Below, in pieces: positions 8,171 to 16,948 of a DNA stretch of 33,237 bases (positions within the stretch are counted from its first letter, which is position 1; every line of letters starts with the position of its first letter). The notes beneath the pieces were generated by a model. The model did not search any database. It was not told where the DNA came from and saw only the letters and a list, made by a program, of their open reading frames with translations. The position numbers and the translations under genes were made by a program. The stretch is from a virus. Taxonomy: Duplodnaviria > Heunggongvirae > Uroviricota > Caudoviricetes. Location of the stretch: the IMG/VR virus record IMGVR_UViG_2609459797_000007; one strand, written 5' to 3'.

Positions 8171-8597
8171 AATTCACCAGGCAATAAAAACTGAGATATT
8201 TTGGGTCGAAATCTTCAATTTCAACACCATTGTCATTCACCGGAACTTCATTATTAGTCATGAAGTTATTGTACTCGTCCTGATGAATGTCAATTCGTTC
8301 ATTATCAACCATCTCATAACAATATTTGATCTCAAATAAATTAGAATTGCCACCACTAAAAAAGCGGACAATTTCCAATAAGTCGGATGTTTTTTTTGCT
8401 TGAGTAGCAATTTGTAAAGTATGAATAGTATAAATATCAAGCTCAATATTATCAGCAATATAATTTAGTAGGTTGTGATAGTTCTGCAATTTACTCGGTT
8501 TAAAAAAAACCGAGTTTTTGCATAGTTCATCAACCAACTCATGTTGCTTTAAAATAATGGGCAACATTTTTTTATACCGTTCTGCTAAGGATGTCAT
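8157..8597 (-). CDS. Hypothetical protein (146 aa, acidic); second gene of the accessory island
   Basis: ORF overlapping both neighbours (26 nt upstream, 14 nt downstream), consistent with a translationally coupled operon. GGGGTGA RBS 5 nt before the ATG. No recognisable motif. Confidence 0.55.
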   Translation of the reverse strand: MTSLAERYKKMLPIILKQHELVDELCKNSVFFKPSKLQNYHNLLNYIADNIELDIYTIHTLQIATQAKKTSDLLEIVRFFSGGNSNLFEIKYCYEMVDNERIDIHQDEYNNFMTNNEVPVNDNGVEIEDFDPKYLSFYCLVNYDEH

Positions 8598-9651
8598 TTA
8601 TCACCCCATAGTGTGAAACAGTGTCGGCCATTTTATTAAAATAAAAAGCACCACAGAATTGATTGTTTGCCCAGTCATTTTTATTAGGTTCAAATCCTAT
8701 TTCATTCGATAACGATTCTGAACCAATTTTATAATCAAAACGAGCAGAAACACCACATACCTTCAAATTGGATATAGTTGAAGTTGAAGTATTGCCTTTA
8801 TTCGTCTCAACCACTTTTCTGTTTCTGGCGTCATAACTAGGTTTCGTTCTACATTTAAGGCTAGCATCCTCATCACCAACAGGATCGACGAAATCTACCT
8901 GCACTAATCGGCCAAAGGAAGCATCGTTGTATATATTATTAATTGCTTTATAAAAATTGACAGTTTCTAAATTTAAAGAAACATTGTTTTCAGACAAAAA
9001 CTCTAAAAACTTAATTCTTAAATCAGTAATTGCTCGTTCGAAAACGCGACGACCAAGTTTACGATCAACCCTATATTCAACACGACTTAAGTCATTAGGA
9101 ATGAAAACTGTATTGAAAAATTGAACAGGGTATTGGTTTGAGCGTAATTTACTTCTCCCACTGATTTTCTTAATTAACACATAAGAAAAGATAATTGCTA
9201 CACCATCTCCCATGTTTTCGACAGAAGTAATGAAATGCCCTGGTGAAGCAGGTAGTCCACTATCTTCATCAAGCTTCATAGGGAATGCATCACGAAAACA
9301 TTTTTCATAATTAGAATAATTAGCAAACTGAGAAATAGCTTTAAGGTTTCCACCTCGAATAAAATCAATAGCATAGTAATGATTTACAGAGGTTATTATT
9401 TTTAGCAATAATAATTTGAGAGACGCCTCAGTTGCAAGCTTATGAGCCATTCCAGGATTAGAAAGCGTTCGTATGATACTGTCTTTAGTTCCTGCCCATC
9501 GGGTTCCGATCTGGAATCCATAAGGTGTTCCTACGCGACGAAAAAATCCTAATTCTTCAGTTTGCTCAAGAGAAGTAAGAATCTTTTCAACTTCTTTTTG
9601 GTTAAATGTAGGCGCAGATTGGGTGGCTCCAAGCGCAGTTTGAGTAGTCAT
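8572..9651 (-). CDS. Hypothetical protein (359 aa); first gene of the accessory island
   Basis: Long AT-rich ORF with no P-loop, no HUH and no TIR-like pattern that I can see. Sits between A and cos, where P2 carries tin/old. Confidence 0.6.
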   Translation of the reverse strand: MTTQTALGATQSAPTFNQKEVEKILTSLEQTEELGFFRRVGTPYGFQIGTRWAGTKDSIIRTLSNPGMAHKLATEASLKLLLLKIITSVNHYYAIDFIRGGNLKAISQFANYSNYEKCFRDAFPMKLDEDSGLPASPGHFITSVENMGDGVAIIFSYVLIKKISGRSKLRSNQYPVQFFNTVFIPNDLSRVEYRVDRKLGRRVFERAITDLRIKFLEFLSENNVSLNLETVNFYKAINNIYNDASFGRLVQVDFVDPVGDEDASLKCRTKPSYDARNRKVVETNKGNTSTSTISNLKVCGVSARFDYKIGSESLSNEIGFEPNKNDWANNQFCGAFYFNKMADTVSHYGVINDILSRTV

Positions 9652-9905
9652 TTATTCTTCATTCCATTGCTGAGGCAAGTTAAGTCTGTTTAGTTTACCC
9701 AAGCGTTGATTTTATACAACAAAACATGCAGCGTTTAAGCAAGAGATATTAGTGTTTTTTGACATTTTCTACATATTTTCAACTGCACAAGCGTGCACAA
9801 AAACGCACAATAAACAGGGTTTTATTTTTGATGGATCTCCGCAGGATCTGCGCTGGTTAGCAGCGGATCTGCAAGTGCACAAAAACAGGCGTGTTTGTTG
9901 CGCGC

Positions 9906-9924
9906 AGGTGACGGGGGGAAAGCC
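9906..9924. other. cos site, candidate cohesive-end sequence GGTGACGGGGGGAAAGCCC (P2/186 cos-like)
   Basis: G-rich 19-mer resembling the P2 cohesive end as I recall it (GGCGAGGCGGGGAAAGCAC). Lies immediately upstream of the Q-P packaging genes as in P2. Flanked by repeated GTGCACAAAAAC motifs near 9790 and 9872. Confidence 0.5.
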
Positions 9925-10110
9925 CGCGCGGCGGGGGGGGAAGGGGTATACCTCAAATATAGGGAAATTGGCGCAATTCTGGCGCGCTGCTGCGTTCTGT
10001 GTGTTGTGTGCGGGTAATGGCGTGTTTAGATTATGGGGCGCTTAGAATGGCGCTGGCGTGCCGTGTATTGATGTGATGCGGAGAGCGCCGCCGGGATGGC
10101 GGCGGGTTGG

Positions 10111-11172
10111 TTATTTCATGGTTTCCAGCAGGGCGTAAGGTTTAAAGCGGATCACTTCTTCCCCCAGCCAGTCGTTGACGTGCTTCAGCGCTTCCATTGC
10201 TGGCATTAGTTCGTTGATGGCAAACACGCGCGCGGCCTTCTCCACATCACCGAATGAGCCGTTGCCGTCCGGCATGGCCCCCATCAGTTGCGGTGGTACG
10301 CGGTGAGCCGCCAGAATGTCATCGCGTGTCGCTGATTTAATATTTAAAAACTCATCCTTTGCTGATATCTGGCTGAAGGGCATCAGTTGTACCCCGTCTT
10401 TACCGCCGCCTGGCGCGTGGATCACTACGTTCTTAAATGCCCCTTTGTTTCTGGCTCCCGCCAGTGTTTGCTGTATGACTTTTACGCCAGCGTCGTCCAC
10501 CTGTGATGTGCCGATATACAGAATGCATCCGGCATGAGATCCGTTTTCGTAATACATCTTGCGGAACATGTCCGCCGAGTGTGACAGGCTGGCTGACAAT
10601 AGCGCGCCCATGTACTCCGGCATCCCGTAGATCTCCTGATGAATGTCAGGGTTCAACACATGGCAGACAGAGCCGGTTTTAAAAGCTGATTCGTCTTTCC
10701 ACTGCCTGATAAACCAGTATGTATCCAGGTCAATGCCACGCCGGGTGTATTTCGCCGGGGAATGGCGGAGCGGTAGCAGCCCGCCTAGTCGGTTATTTCG
10801 TTCTTCCAGGTAGAAGTTGCCAAACACAAACCAGTCAAGCGCCAGGGCGGAGAACGTCTGGCGAGACAGTAGCGGGTGTGGGATGAAGAAACCCGCCAGC
10901 GCGTTGCGCTTGAAGTACAGCGCTGACTGGTGCCAGGACGCCTTGCCGAATGAGCGCGCAAGCCCGTACCAGTCCACCGGTGTTTCGTAATATCTGCCGT
11001 TATCGGCGCAATACATATTGTCGAGCAGGTCGTAAGCGTCAGCGACCTGGTATGGCCCATCAAAGGTGAAAGCGCTAAGGGCTGGATCGCGCTTCAGTGC
11101 TTCACCAATATCATGTTGCTGTGTACCGTCAGTAAGCATAGTCAGGCCGCTTTCGTGTGTTGTTGTGTTCAT
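10111..11172 (-). CDS. Q: Portal (capsid vertex) protein, P2 gpQ family
   Basis: About 353-aa ORF next to cos and downstream of the terminase ATPase; its ATG overlaps the P stop (TAATG). Size and synteny match P2 Q. The track's longer start at 11253 overlaps P and is unlikely. Confidence 0.8.
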   Translation of the reverse strand: MNTTTHESGLTMLTDGTQQHDIGEALKRDPALSAFTFDGPYQVADAYDLLDNMYCADNGRYYETPVDWYGLARSFGKASWHQSALYFKRNALAGFFIPHPLLSRQTFSALALDWFVFGNFYLEERNNRLGGLLPLRHSPAKYTRRGIDLDTYWFIRQWKDESAFKTGSVCHVLNPDIHQEIYGMPEYMGALLSASLSHSADMFRKMYYENGSHAGCILYIGTSQVDDAGVKVIQQTLAGARNKGAFKNVVIHAPGGGKDGVQLMPFSQISAKDEFLNIKSATRDDILAAHRVPPQLMGAMPDGNGSFGDVEKAARVFAINELMPAMEALKHVNDWLGEEVIRFKPYALLETMK

Positions 11173-12896
11173 TAAAACTCTCTTACGGAACCGCCGCCGC
11201 TGCCGTTCTCGCGTCCAAGTGGCTCGTTGATGATTGCCAGCATATTTGCCCAAGCTAAGTCGCCATGACTGACGCCGCGCGCGCGATCGGTGTCATAGGT
11301 AATTTGTCCACCGGCGGTGGTGATTTTCCTGACGGCGTTGAATGCTGACACTAACGCCTGTTCACTACGGTCATACTCCCAGCGGCCCGCGCGGATCACC
11401 TGCTGCATTTTGAGTACCAGAGTGCGCTTTGATGACAGCGACATGATGAAACAGACCGCCGCCGGGAAGAATTTCTTGACCAGTTGCCAGACCGCTTCAC
11501 CAATGCCGGTACCGTCAATTGCGATGTGCCGGACGTTGTATTTAATGGTCAGGTCTTCGATCACTTTGGCCTGTTCTTCAAACTCCATCCCGCGTAGCTG
11601 GCGCGTCTCTATCGTGCGGAACTTGCCGCCACTGACCAGGGGAGGGGTAACCACGGAAACAGCGCCGCTGTCACCGTTGCCACTGCCGCCGTTGGCGTCG
11701 TAGCCTATCCAGACTTCACGATCGCCAAGCGGGCGGGGGGCGTAGGGTTTCCAGTCCTGCCAGTCGTCGTAGCCGTCCGCGCCGCACGTCAGTAGCTGAT
11801 TAAGTGAGAAAACGGATTCGCCTTCTTTGACGAACTCACACATGTACAGGTTGGTGTATTCATCCGGGGTATTTTCGTCCTGAATTTCTTCCAGATCGGT
11901 GAACTCCCAGCCGTGGTCGATCACGTCCTTCAGGGTGACAATCTGCCGCCAGGTTTTGTCCGGGCACAACAGGCCGCTGTTGAGTGTCTTCCAGCTTGTG
12001 TCGAAGTCTACCCGGCTGGATTTGGCCCGCTTCTCATTCCAGCGCTTGCCCGTCCAGAACGGGTAGGCTTCATGGTTTTCGCTCGATGGCGTTGAAAAGT
12101 AAGTGCGCGTAAGCCCTTTCAGGGTTGCCATAGCTCCAGCTACTTTGCGAAGGTTTGCAAAGTTACCTACCCAGAAAAACTCATCAAAAAACAGGTTGCC
12201 GGTGTAGCTCTGCGCGGTAGCGGCAGACGTGCCGAGAAAATGCAATTCAGCGCCGTTCGACAATAGAATTTTGTCACCGCCTTTTAGTTCTACGTCTACC
12301 TCTTCGGCAATCTTCTGGATGAAGCCACGGAACTGGTGCGCCTGGCGACGCGACGCTGATAGAAAAATCTGGTTGCGCTGATATCCGTGCTTAATGTCAT
12401 CTCGCAGCGCCTGTAATAGTGCCTCGCGGGCAAAGTACCAGGTTGCGCCAATCTGGCGGCTTTTCAGGATCATGCGGTTTCGTTGCTGGCGCTGTTCAAA
12501 CCATCCCTGCTGATGCCAGGCCAGAGAGTCCTGAATCTTTTCCCGTAGCGCGGCGATCTGCGCTTCGGTGAAGTGGTTTTTCTTCTTGCTCGCGCGCGCC
12601 TTCTTGAAGGGTTGCGCCGGTTGCCCTTCTGCCAGTTTCTTCACCTGGCGCGTGAGCGCGTCGATTTCTTTCAGATCGCTGCCGGTCTTCGTTGGTTTCA
12701 TCGCGATTTGGCATAACCGGGCATCAATAGATTGCGTGACGCGCTGAATTGCGGGCGTTTCGTCCCATTCGTCGCGTTTCTTCCACGAATAAACCGTGTT
12801 TGAACTGATACCCATCAGGCGTGAAATCTCTGCTGGCGGGTAGCCCTGCCAGTAAAGCTGCTTTGCTCTCTGTCTTACAAATGCGTCCTGGATCAT
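11172..12896 (-). CDS. P: Terminase large (ATPase) subunit, P2 gpP family
   Basis: Roughly 575-600-aa ORF divergent from O. Start taken at the internal Met (12896) because the track's start at 12980 would run through the late-promoter dyad. Synteny with P2 P. Confidence 0.8.
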   Translation of the reverse strand: MIQDAFVRQRAKQLYWQGYPPAEISRLMGISSNTVYSWKKRDEWDETPAIQRVTQSIDARLCQIAMKPTKTGSDLKEIDALTRQVKKLAEGQPAQPFKKARASKKKNHFTEAQIAALREKIQDSLAWHQQGWFEQRQQRNRMILKSRQIGATWYFAREALLQALRDDIKHGYQRNQIFLSASRRQAHQFRGFIQKIAEEVDVELKGGDKILLSNGAELHFLGTSAATAQSYTGNLFFDEFFWVGNFANLRKVAGAMATLKGLTRTYFSTPSSENHEAYPFWTGKRWNEKRAKSSRVDFDTSWKTLNSGLLCPDKTWRQIVTLKDVIDHGWEFTDLEEIQDENTPDEYTNLYMCEFVKEGESVFSLNQLLTCGADGYDDWQDWKPYAPRPLGDREVWIGYDANGGSGNGDSGAVSVVTPPLVSGGKFRTIETRQLRGMEFEEQAKVIEDLTIKYNVRHIAIDGTGIGEAVWQLVKKFFPAAVCFIMSLSSKRTLVLKMQQVIRAGRWEYDRSEQALVSAFNAVRKITTAGGQITYDTDRARGVSHGDLAWANMLAIINEPLGRENGSGGGSVREF

Positions 12897-12961
12897 GCGG
12901 TGTCCTCTCGTTTCGATGGAGAGATTAACCCGCGCGCGTGGGCCGTTCCCGCTGTTTGGGT

Positions 12962-12988
12962 TGTGGGCTTTCTCTGACAACTAAAACG
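12962..12988. promoter_or_regulatory. Late promoter element: TGT-N12-ACA dyad (12962-12979) within the conserved 18-mer TCTCTGACAACTAAAACG (12971-12988), in the divergent P/O region
   Basis: TGT-N12-ACA is the established binding element for the Ogr family at P2 late promoters. The same 18-mer recurs at 30614-30631. Confidence 0.6.
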
Positions 12989-13052
12989 CGTTGAGACAAT
13001 GACTTACCAACTGACATCATGGAAAAACAGAAACCAACCGGCAGGAAAGAAC

Positions 13053-13892
13053 ATGAGTGAAACCAGCAAACCTACCCGGAAGAAATTCCGCGTTGCCGTC
13101 TCCGGTGCCACCGTTGACGGGCGCGAAATTCGACCAGATCACCTCCGTGATGCTGCCGCGAGCTATAGCCAGGACGTTTACGGCGCTCGCGTGAATGTTG
13201 AGCATTATCTCTCGCCTTATCCAGGCAGTGATTTTGGCGCGATGGGGGATGTTACGGCGCTTAGCGCTGAGGACATTACCGAAGGCCCGCTAGCGGGGCG
13301 CACTGCGTTATATGCGGAAATTGAACCTTCAGCGCAAATGAAGGCGCTGACAGATGCCGGTAAGAAAGTCTATTCCAGTATCGAATTGCACCCGCAATTT
13401 GCACTAAACGGTAAGGCCTACATTGTCGGCTTGGCGATGACTGATACCCCGGCAAGCTTGGGCACTGAGCGTCTGAAGTTTGCGGCCCAGCAGCGTCAGC
13501 AGGTACAGGCGTTCAATCAGCAGCAGGGCGAAAGCGCGATGTTCTCTGATGCCATTGAAGCTGAAACGATCGAACTGGCAGGGCAGCGAAGCGATGAAGG
13601 TAGCAAGTGGTTTAGCCGCATGAAGGAACTTCTGACCAAAAACCATAAAACAGATGGCGAGCAATTCAGCCAGGTGCGCGAAGTGGTTGAAGGTGTTGCC
13701 ACGTCTCAGGCGGGCCTTATCGATCAAGTTGCGGAACTGACAAGCCAGCGCGCTGACGACGCTAAGGAAATCCAGAAGCTGACCAGTGAGCTGACCGACC
13801 TGAAAACCACGCTGGCAAAGCAGGACGCCAACACCTTCAGCCGCCAGCCCGCACAGGGCGGTAACACCGGCGTCGAACAGGCCGATTACTAA
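13053..13892 (+). CDS. O: Capsid scaffolding protein, P2 gpO family
   Basis: About 279-aa ORF; N-terminus KKFRVAVSGATVDGREI agrees with my memory of P2 gpO (FRIGVEGDTCDGRVI). ATG 13053 with RBS chosen so the start lies downstream of the late promoter. Confidence 0.8.
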   Translation: MSETSKPTRKKFRVAVSGATVDGREIRPDHLRDAAASYSQDVYGARVNVEHYLSPYPGSDFGAMGDVTALSAEDITEGPLAGRTALYAEIEPSAQMKALTDAGKKVYSSIELHPQFALNGKAYIVGLAMTDTPASLGTERLKFAAQQRQQVQAFNQQQGESAMFSDAIEAETIELAGQRSDEGSKWFSRMKELLTKNHKTDGEQFSQVREVVEGVATSQAGLIDQVAELTSQRADDAKEIQKLTSELTDLKTTLAKQDANTFSRQPAQGGNTGVEQADY

Positions 13893-13915
13893 CCACGCAA
13901 GCGAGAACAAAACAC

Positions 13916-15001
13916 ATGGAAAACAGTACCCGCGTACTTTTTAACGGCTATATCGATCGCCAGGCCAATTTAAGTGGCGTTCGTTCAGATGATGTCGCCA
14001 AGTCCTTCAGCGTTGAGCCGTCTGTGCAACAGCGCATGGAAAAGGCATCAATGGAAAGTGATGATTTTCTGAAGAAAATTAACGTCTTTCCGGTAAAAGC
14101 CCAGGAAGGTCAGAAAATCCAGATCGGTAGCAAAGGCCCGATTGCGAGCACCAGTAACAGCAGCGACGGCAACTCCCGCCGCAATCCGGTAGACAATCAC
14201 TCTAAAGAGCCGAGCACCTACCGCTGCCGTAAGACCAACTACGACTCAGCCGTAAGCTATTCGCAGTTAGACGCCTGGTCTATGCAGCCTAATTTTCAGT
14301 CACTGATCAGCGAGGCAAACGCCCGACAGGTTGCGCTCGACCGTATCATGATCGGTTTCAACGGTACGTCATACGCTGAAAAATCTGATCGTGCCGCCAA
14401 CCCGATGTTACAGGATTGTGGCGTTGGCTGGCTTCAGAAAATCCGCAACGATGCCCCGCACCGCATTATCAGTAAGGTCACTCTGACTGCGCGTGATGAA
14501 GATAACAAAATTGTCGCCAAAGGCACCTATGGCAACCTCGACGCGGCTGTGTTCGACGCCAAAAACACGTTGATGGATAAATGGCAACGTAAAGCGCCGG
14601 ATCTGGTCGTGATTCTGTCGGCTGACCTGCTTACCAGTAGCTATTTCCCGAAACTGAACGCGCTGAGCCAGACCAATCCGAACAGCGAACTGATCGCGGC
14701 ACAGTTGATTGTGTCCAGTGAAAAAGTTGGCGGTCTGCCGGTGGTCTTCGCGCCGTATATGCCTGATGACTGCGTGCTGATCACGTCACTGAAAAACCTG
14801 TCTGTGTATTACCAGTTGGGTGCGCTTCGCCGAACCATCAAAGAAGAACCGGAATATGACCGCGTGGCTAACTACCAGTCCTCAAACGATGACTTCGTTG
14901 TAGAAGACTACGGCAAATGCGCATTCATTGACGGGATCACCTTCGCGGAGGCCGCCCCGGAAACGCAGTCCGCAGAACCTGAAGAGAACGCGGGCGCGTA
15001 A
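13916..15001 (+). CDS. N: Major capsid protein, P2 gpN family
   Basis: 361-aa ORF in the O-N-M-L block; size matches P2 N (357 aa). Confidence 0.85.
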   Translation: MENSTRVLFNGYIDRQANLSGVRSDDVAKSFSVEPSVQQRMEKASMESDDFLKKINVFPVKAQEGQKIQIGSKGPIASTSNSSDGNSRRNPVDNHSKEPSTYRCRKTNYDSAVSYSQLDAWSMQPNFQSLISEANARQVALDRIMIGFNGTSYAEKSDRAANPMLQDCGVGWLQKIRNDAPHRIISKVTLTARDEDNKIVAKGTYGNLDAAVFDAKNTLMDKWQRKAPDLVVILSADLLTSSYFPKLNALSQTNPNSELIAAQLIVSSEKVGGLPVVFAPYMPDDCVLITSLKNLSVYYQLGALRRTIKEEPEYDRVANYQSSNDDFVVEDYGKCAFIDGITFAEAAPETQSAEPEENAGA

Positions 15002-15044
15002 CTGAAATTGCGGGCGTATATGCGCCCGCCACCAGGAGACTCAA

Positions 15045-15866
15045 ATGTTAACCCCAGCGCAAAAACACTTTCAGAAAGTGATGGCTGATCGACGCGGAGA
15101 CAGCGCCGCACAGCATGGCGTTGTTCGCACCGCGCATGAGCAAATTTTGCATCGTCTACGCCTCGATCAGGCATCTCTTAAGGCGGTGCAATCTACTGAA
15201 ACAAAAGCTGTGATGAAGCGTGACATGTTGCCGAATTACCAGGGCTGGATTGATGGAACTCTGGAGGGCGACAGCGGGCGGCAGGACGAAGTGATTACCA
15301 CGATGATGCTGTGGGCGATCGACTGCCAGGACTACCCGCAAGCGCTGAAGATTGGGCGCTATGTGGTGAAGCATGACCTGTCTATGCGTGACGATTTCAA
15401 GCGTACCGCGCCGGTGATGCTGGCTGAAGAAATCAGCAACCAGGCGCTGAACGTCGCGACGACTGACGCTGAGGCGGATATGTCGGCTTATGTCACCGTG
15501 CTCGATGACCTGGCGGAGATTGTCGCCGGGGCTGATATGCCGGACGAAGTGCAATCCAAGCTTTGCAAGGCCCGCGCTTTCTCACGCCGTGGAACGGCTG
15601 ACAATGAGACAAAAGGCGAAGCGCTAAAACTGTTTCGACGTGCGACGGAACTGAACCCCGCAGCGGGTGTGAAACGTGAAATGCAGTCTATTTCACGCGA
15701 ACTGAAGAAGCTGGCGGCGCAACCGGAAGCGACAGCACAACCGGAGCCTGTGCCGGTTGTCGTAGAGAAGAAAACCGTACGTAAGTCGCGCGAGGCTAAA
15801 GCTGCGAAACCGGCAGCAAAAGCCCGCGCACCACGTAAAACGGCGAAAGTTAAAAAAGAATCTTAA
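15045..15866 (+). CDS. M: Terminase small (endonuclease) subunit, P2 gpM family
   Basis: 273-aa ORF after N with an AGGAG RBS. Basic Lys/Ala-rich C-terminal tail. Synteny. Confidence 0.8.
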   Translation: MLTPAQKHFQKVMADRRGDSAAQHGVVRTAHEQILHRLRLDQASLKAVQSTETKAVMKRDMLPNYQGWIDGTLEGDSGRQDEVITTMMLWAIDCQDYPQALKIGRYVVKHDLSMRDDFKRTAPVMLAEEISNQALNVATTDAEADMSAYVTVLDDLAEIVAGADMPDEVQSKLCKARAFSRRGTADNETKGEALKLFRRATELNPAAGVKREMQSISRELKKLAAQPEATAQPEPVPVVVEKKTVRKSREAKAAKPAAKARAPRKTAKVKKES

Positions 15867-15963
15867 CGACTTCGGCCCCGACCGACAGGAGGCACGCGCG
15901 GAGATCTGCCCGTAACTGGTCTTTTCACCGCGTGTCCACCTCCTGACTTTTTAAGGAGCGCTC

Positions 15964-16461
15964 ATGAGTAGCCTGATAGCGACAAAAACGCCGTTTCCGG
16001 CTGGCAGTGACGTAACTGATGTTGATGACGGAGATTCCACGGTAACGGCGGGAAGTTTCTGGCCTGTCATTAACCTGAAGGATTTACGCCTTGCCGCGCG
16101 TATTACCGGCGGCGTCACTACTTCGCGACTGATGCACGTCACTACCGAGGCTGTGGGACACGTCATCGAACAGCTTGAAGAGTGGCAGATCAATCAGCAG
16201 GGGCTGGGCTATGAGGCGCTGAAGAACGTGCCCGCCGTGGAGATAAACGGCGAGAGCGTGAAGGTGTATCGCTACCGTCGTGCGGTTTATTCCATTGCCC
16301 GCGCCCTGGTGATTGAAGGTTACCGGGACGTTGATACCACGCCAAAAGGCGACAAAGACGCCGCCGCGCTGGATTTGCAGCGTGAAGATCTCTGGCGTGA
16401 TGCTCGCTGGGGTATTGCAGACATCCAGCGCAAGCCGCGCGTTTATGCGGAGTTGTGCTGA
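15964..16461 (+). CDS. L: Head completion/stabilisation protein, P2 gpL family
   Basis: 165-aa ORF with an AAGGAG RBS. Size and position match P2 L (169 aa). Confidence 0.8.
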   Translation: MSSLIATKTPFPAGSDVTDVDDGDSTVTAGSFWPVINLKDLRLAARITGGVTTSRLMHVTTEAVGHVIEQLEEWQINQQGLGYEALKNVPAVEINGESVKVYRYRRAVYSIARALVIEGYRDVDTTPKGDKDAAALDLQREDLWRDARWGIADIQRKPRVYAELC

Positions 16462-16661
16462 TGAAGGTCACGGCGTTACAGGGCGATACGCTGGATCAGC
16501 TATGCCACCGGTACTACGGAAAAACCAAAGGCGTTACTGAAGAAGTGTTGACCGCCAATCCGGGGCTGAGTGGGCAAGTTTTTTTAAACGCAGGGCAGAT
16601 GGTTGAAATGCCGGACATTGATACCCAGCCCGCACAGGAAATGGTGCAGTTATGGAGTTGA
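16461..16661 (+). CDS. X: Tail protein X, P2 gpX family
   Basis: About 66-aa ORF; its ATG overlaps the L stop (TGATG). Size and position match P2 X (67 aa). Confidence 0.75.
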   Translation: MKVTALQGDTLDQLCHRYYGKTKGVTEEVLTANPGLSGQVFLNAGQMVEMPDIDTQPAQEMVQLWS

Positions 16662-16948
16662 ATTCGTTTCACCGGCTATGGGACTGGGTTACCTGGGTTT
16701 CTTCATCCATCAGCGTTGGTGTTGGTGTGATGACGTGGAATGAAAAGCTGGGGGTTGCCGGTCTGGTTTTGGGTGTCCTGTCTGGCTGGCGCGCCTGGGT
16801 GCATCGTGCGCGGGTGGAGAAGGCACAGGCCCGCCGAAACTCACTGATTGAGCAAATTCTTGATCAGGCCGAGCGCCGGGGGCTTACCGATTTTGAGCGG
16901 GTGAAGCTGGCGCAATTCCAGGCGGGTGACGATGAAGACGGTTATTAA
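16652..16948 (+). CDS. Y: Holin, P2 gpY family
   Basis: 98-aa ORF with hydrophobic segments (WVTWVSSSISVGVGVMTW, LGVAGLVLGVLSGW) and a charged C-terminus, directly upstream of the endolysin. Confidence 0.7.
   Translation: MELNSFHRLWDWVTWVSSSISVGVGVMTWNEKLGVAGLVLGVLSGWRAWVHRARVEKAQARRNSLIEQILDQAERRGLTDFERVKLAQFQAGDDEDGY

Noticed and set aside
9900-9960. G-rich repetitive stretch considered as a CRISPR or other tandem repeat
   Set aside because: No regularly spaced direct repeats with unique spacers. The sequence matches the expected cos cohesive end.
9752-10045. 97-aa plus-strand ORF spanning the cos region
   Set aside because: It runs through the G-rich cohesive-end sequence where P2 has no gene; Gly/Arg/Ala-rich translation typical of GC-rich non-coding DNA.
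12980-12999. ORF-track starts for P (12980) and O (12999)
   Set aside because: These starts would place the coding sequence over the TGT-N12-ACA late-promoter dyad. Internal ATGs at 12896 (P) and 13053 (O) leave room for the promoter, and the O start then carries an RBS.
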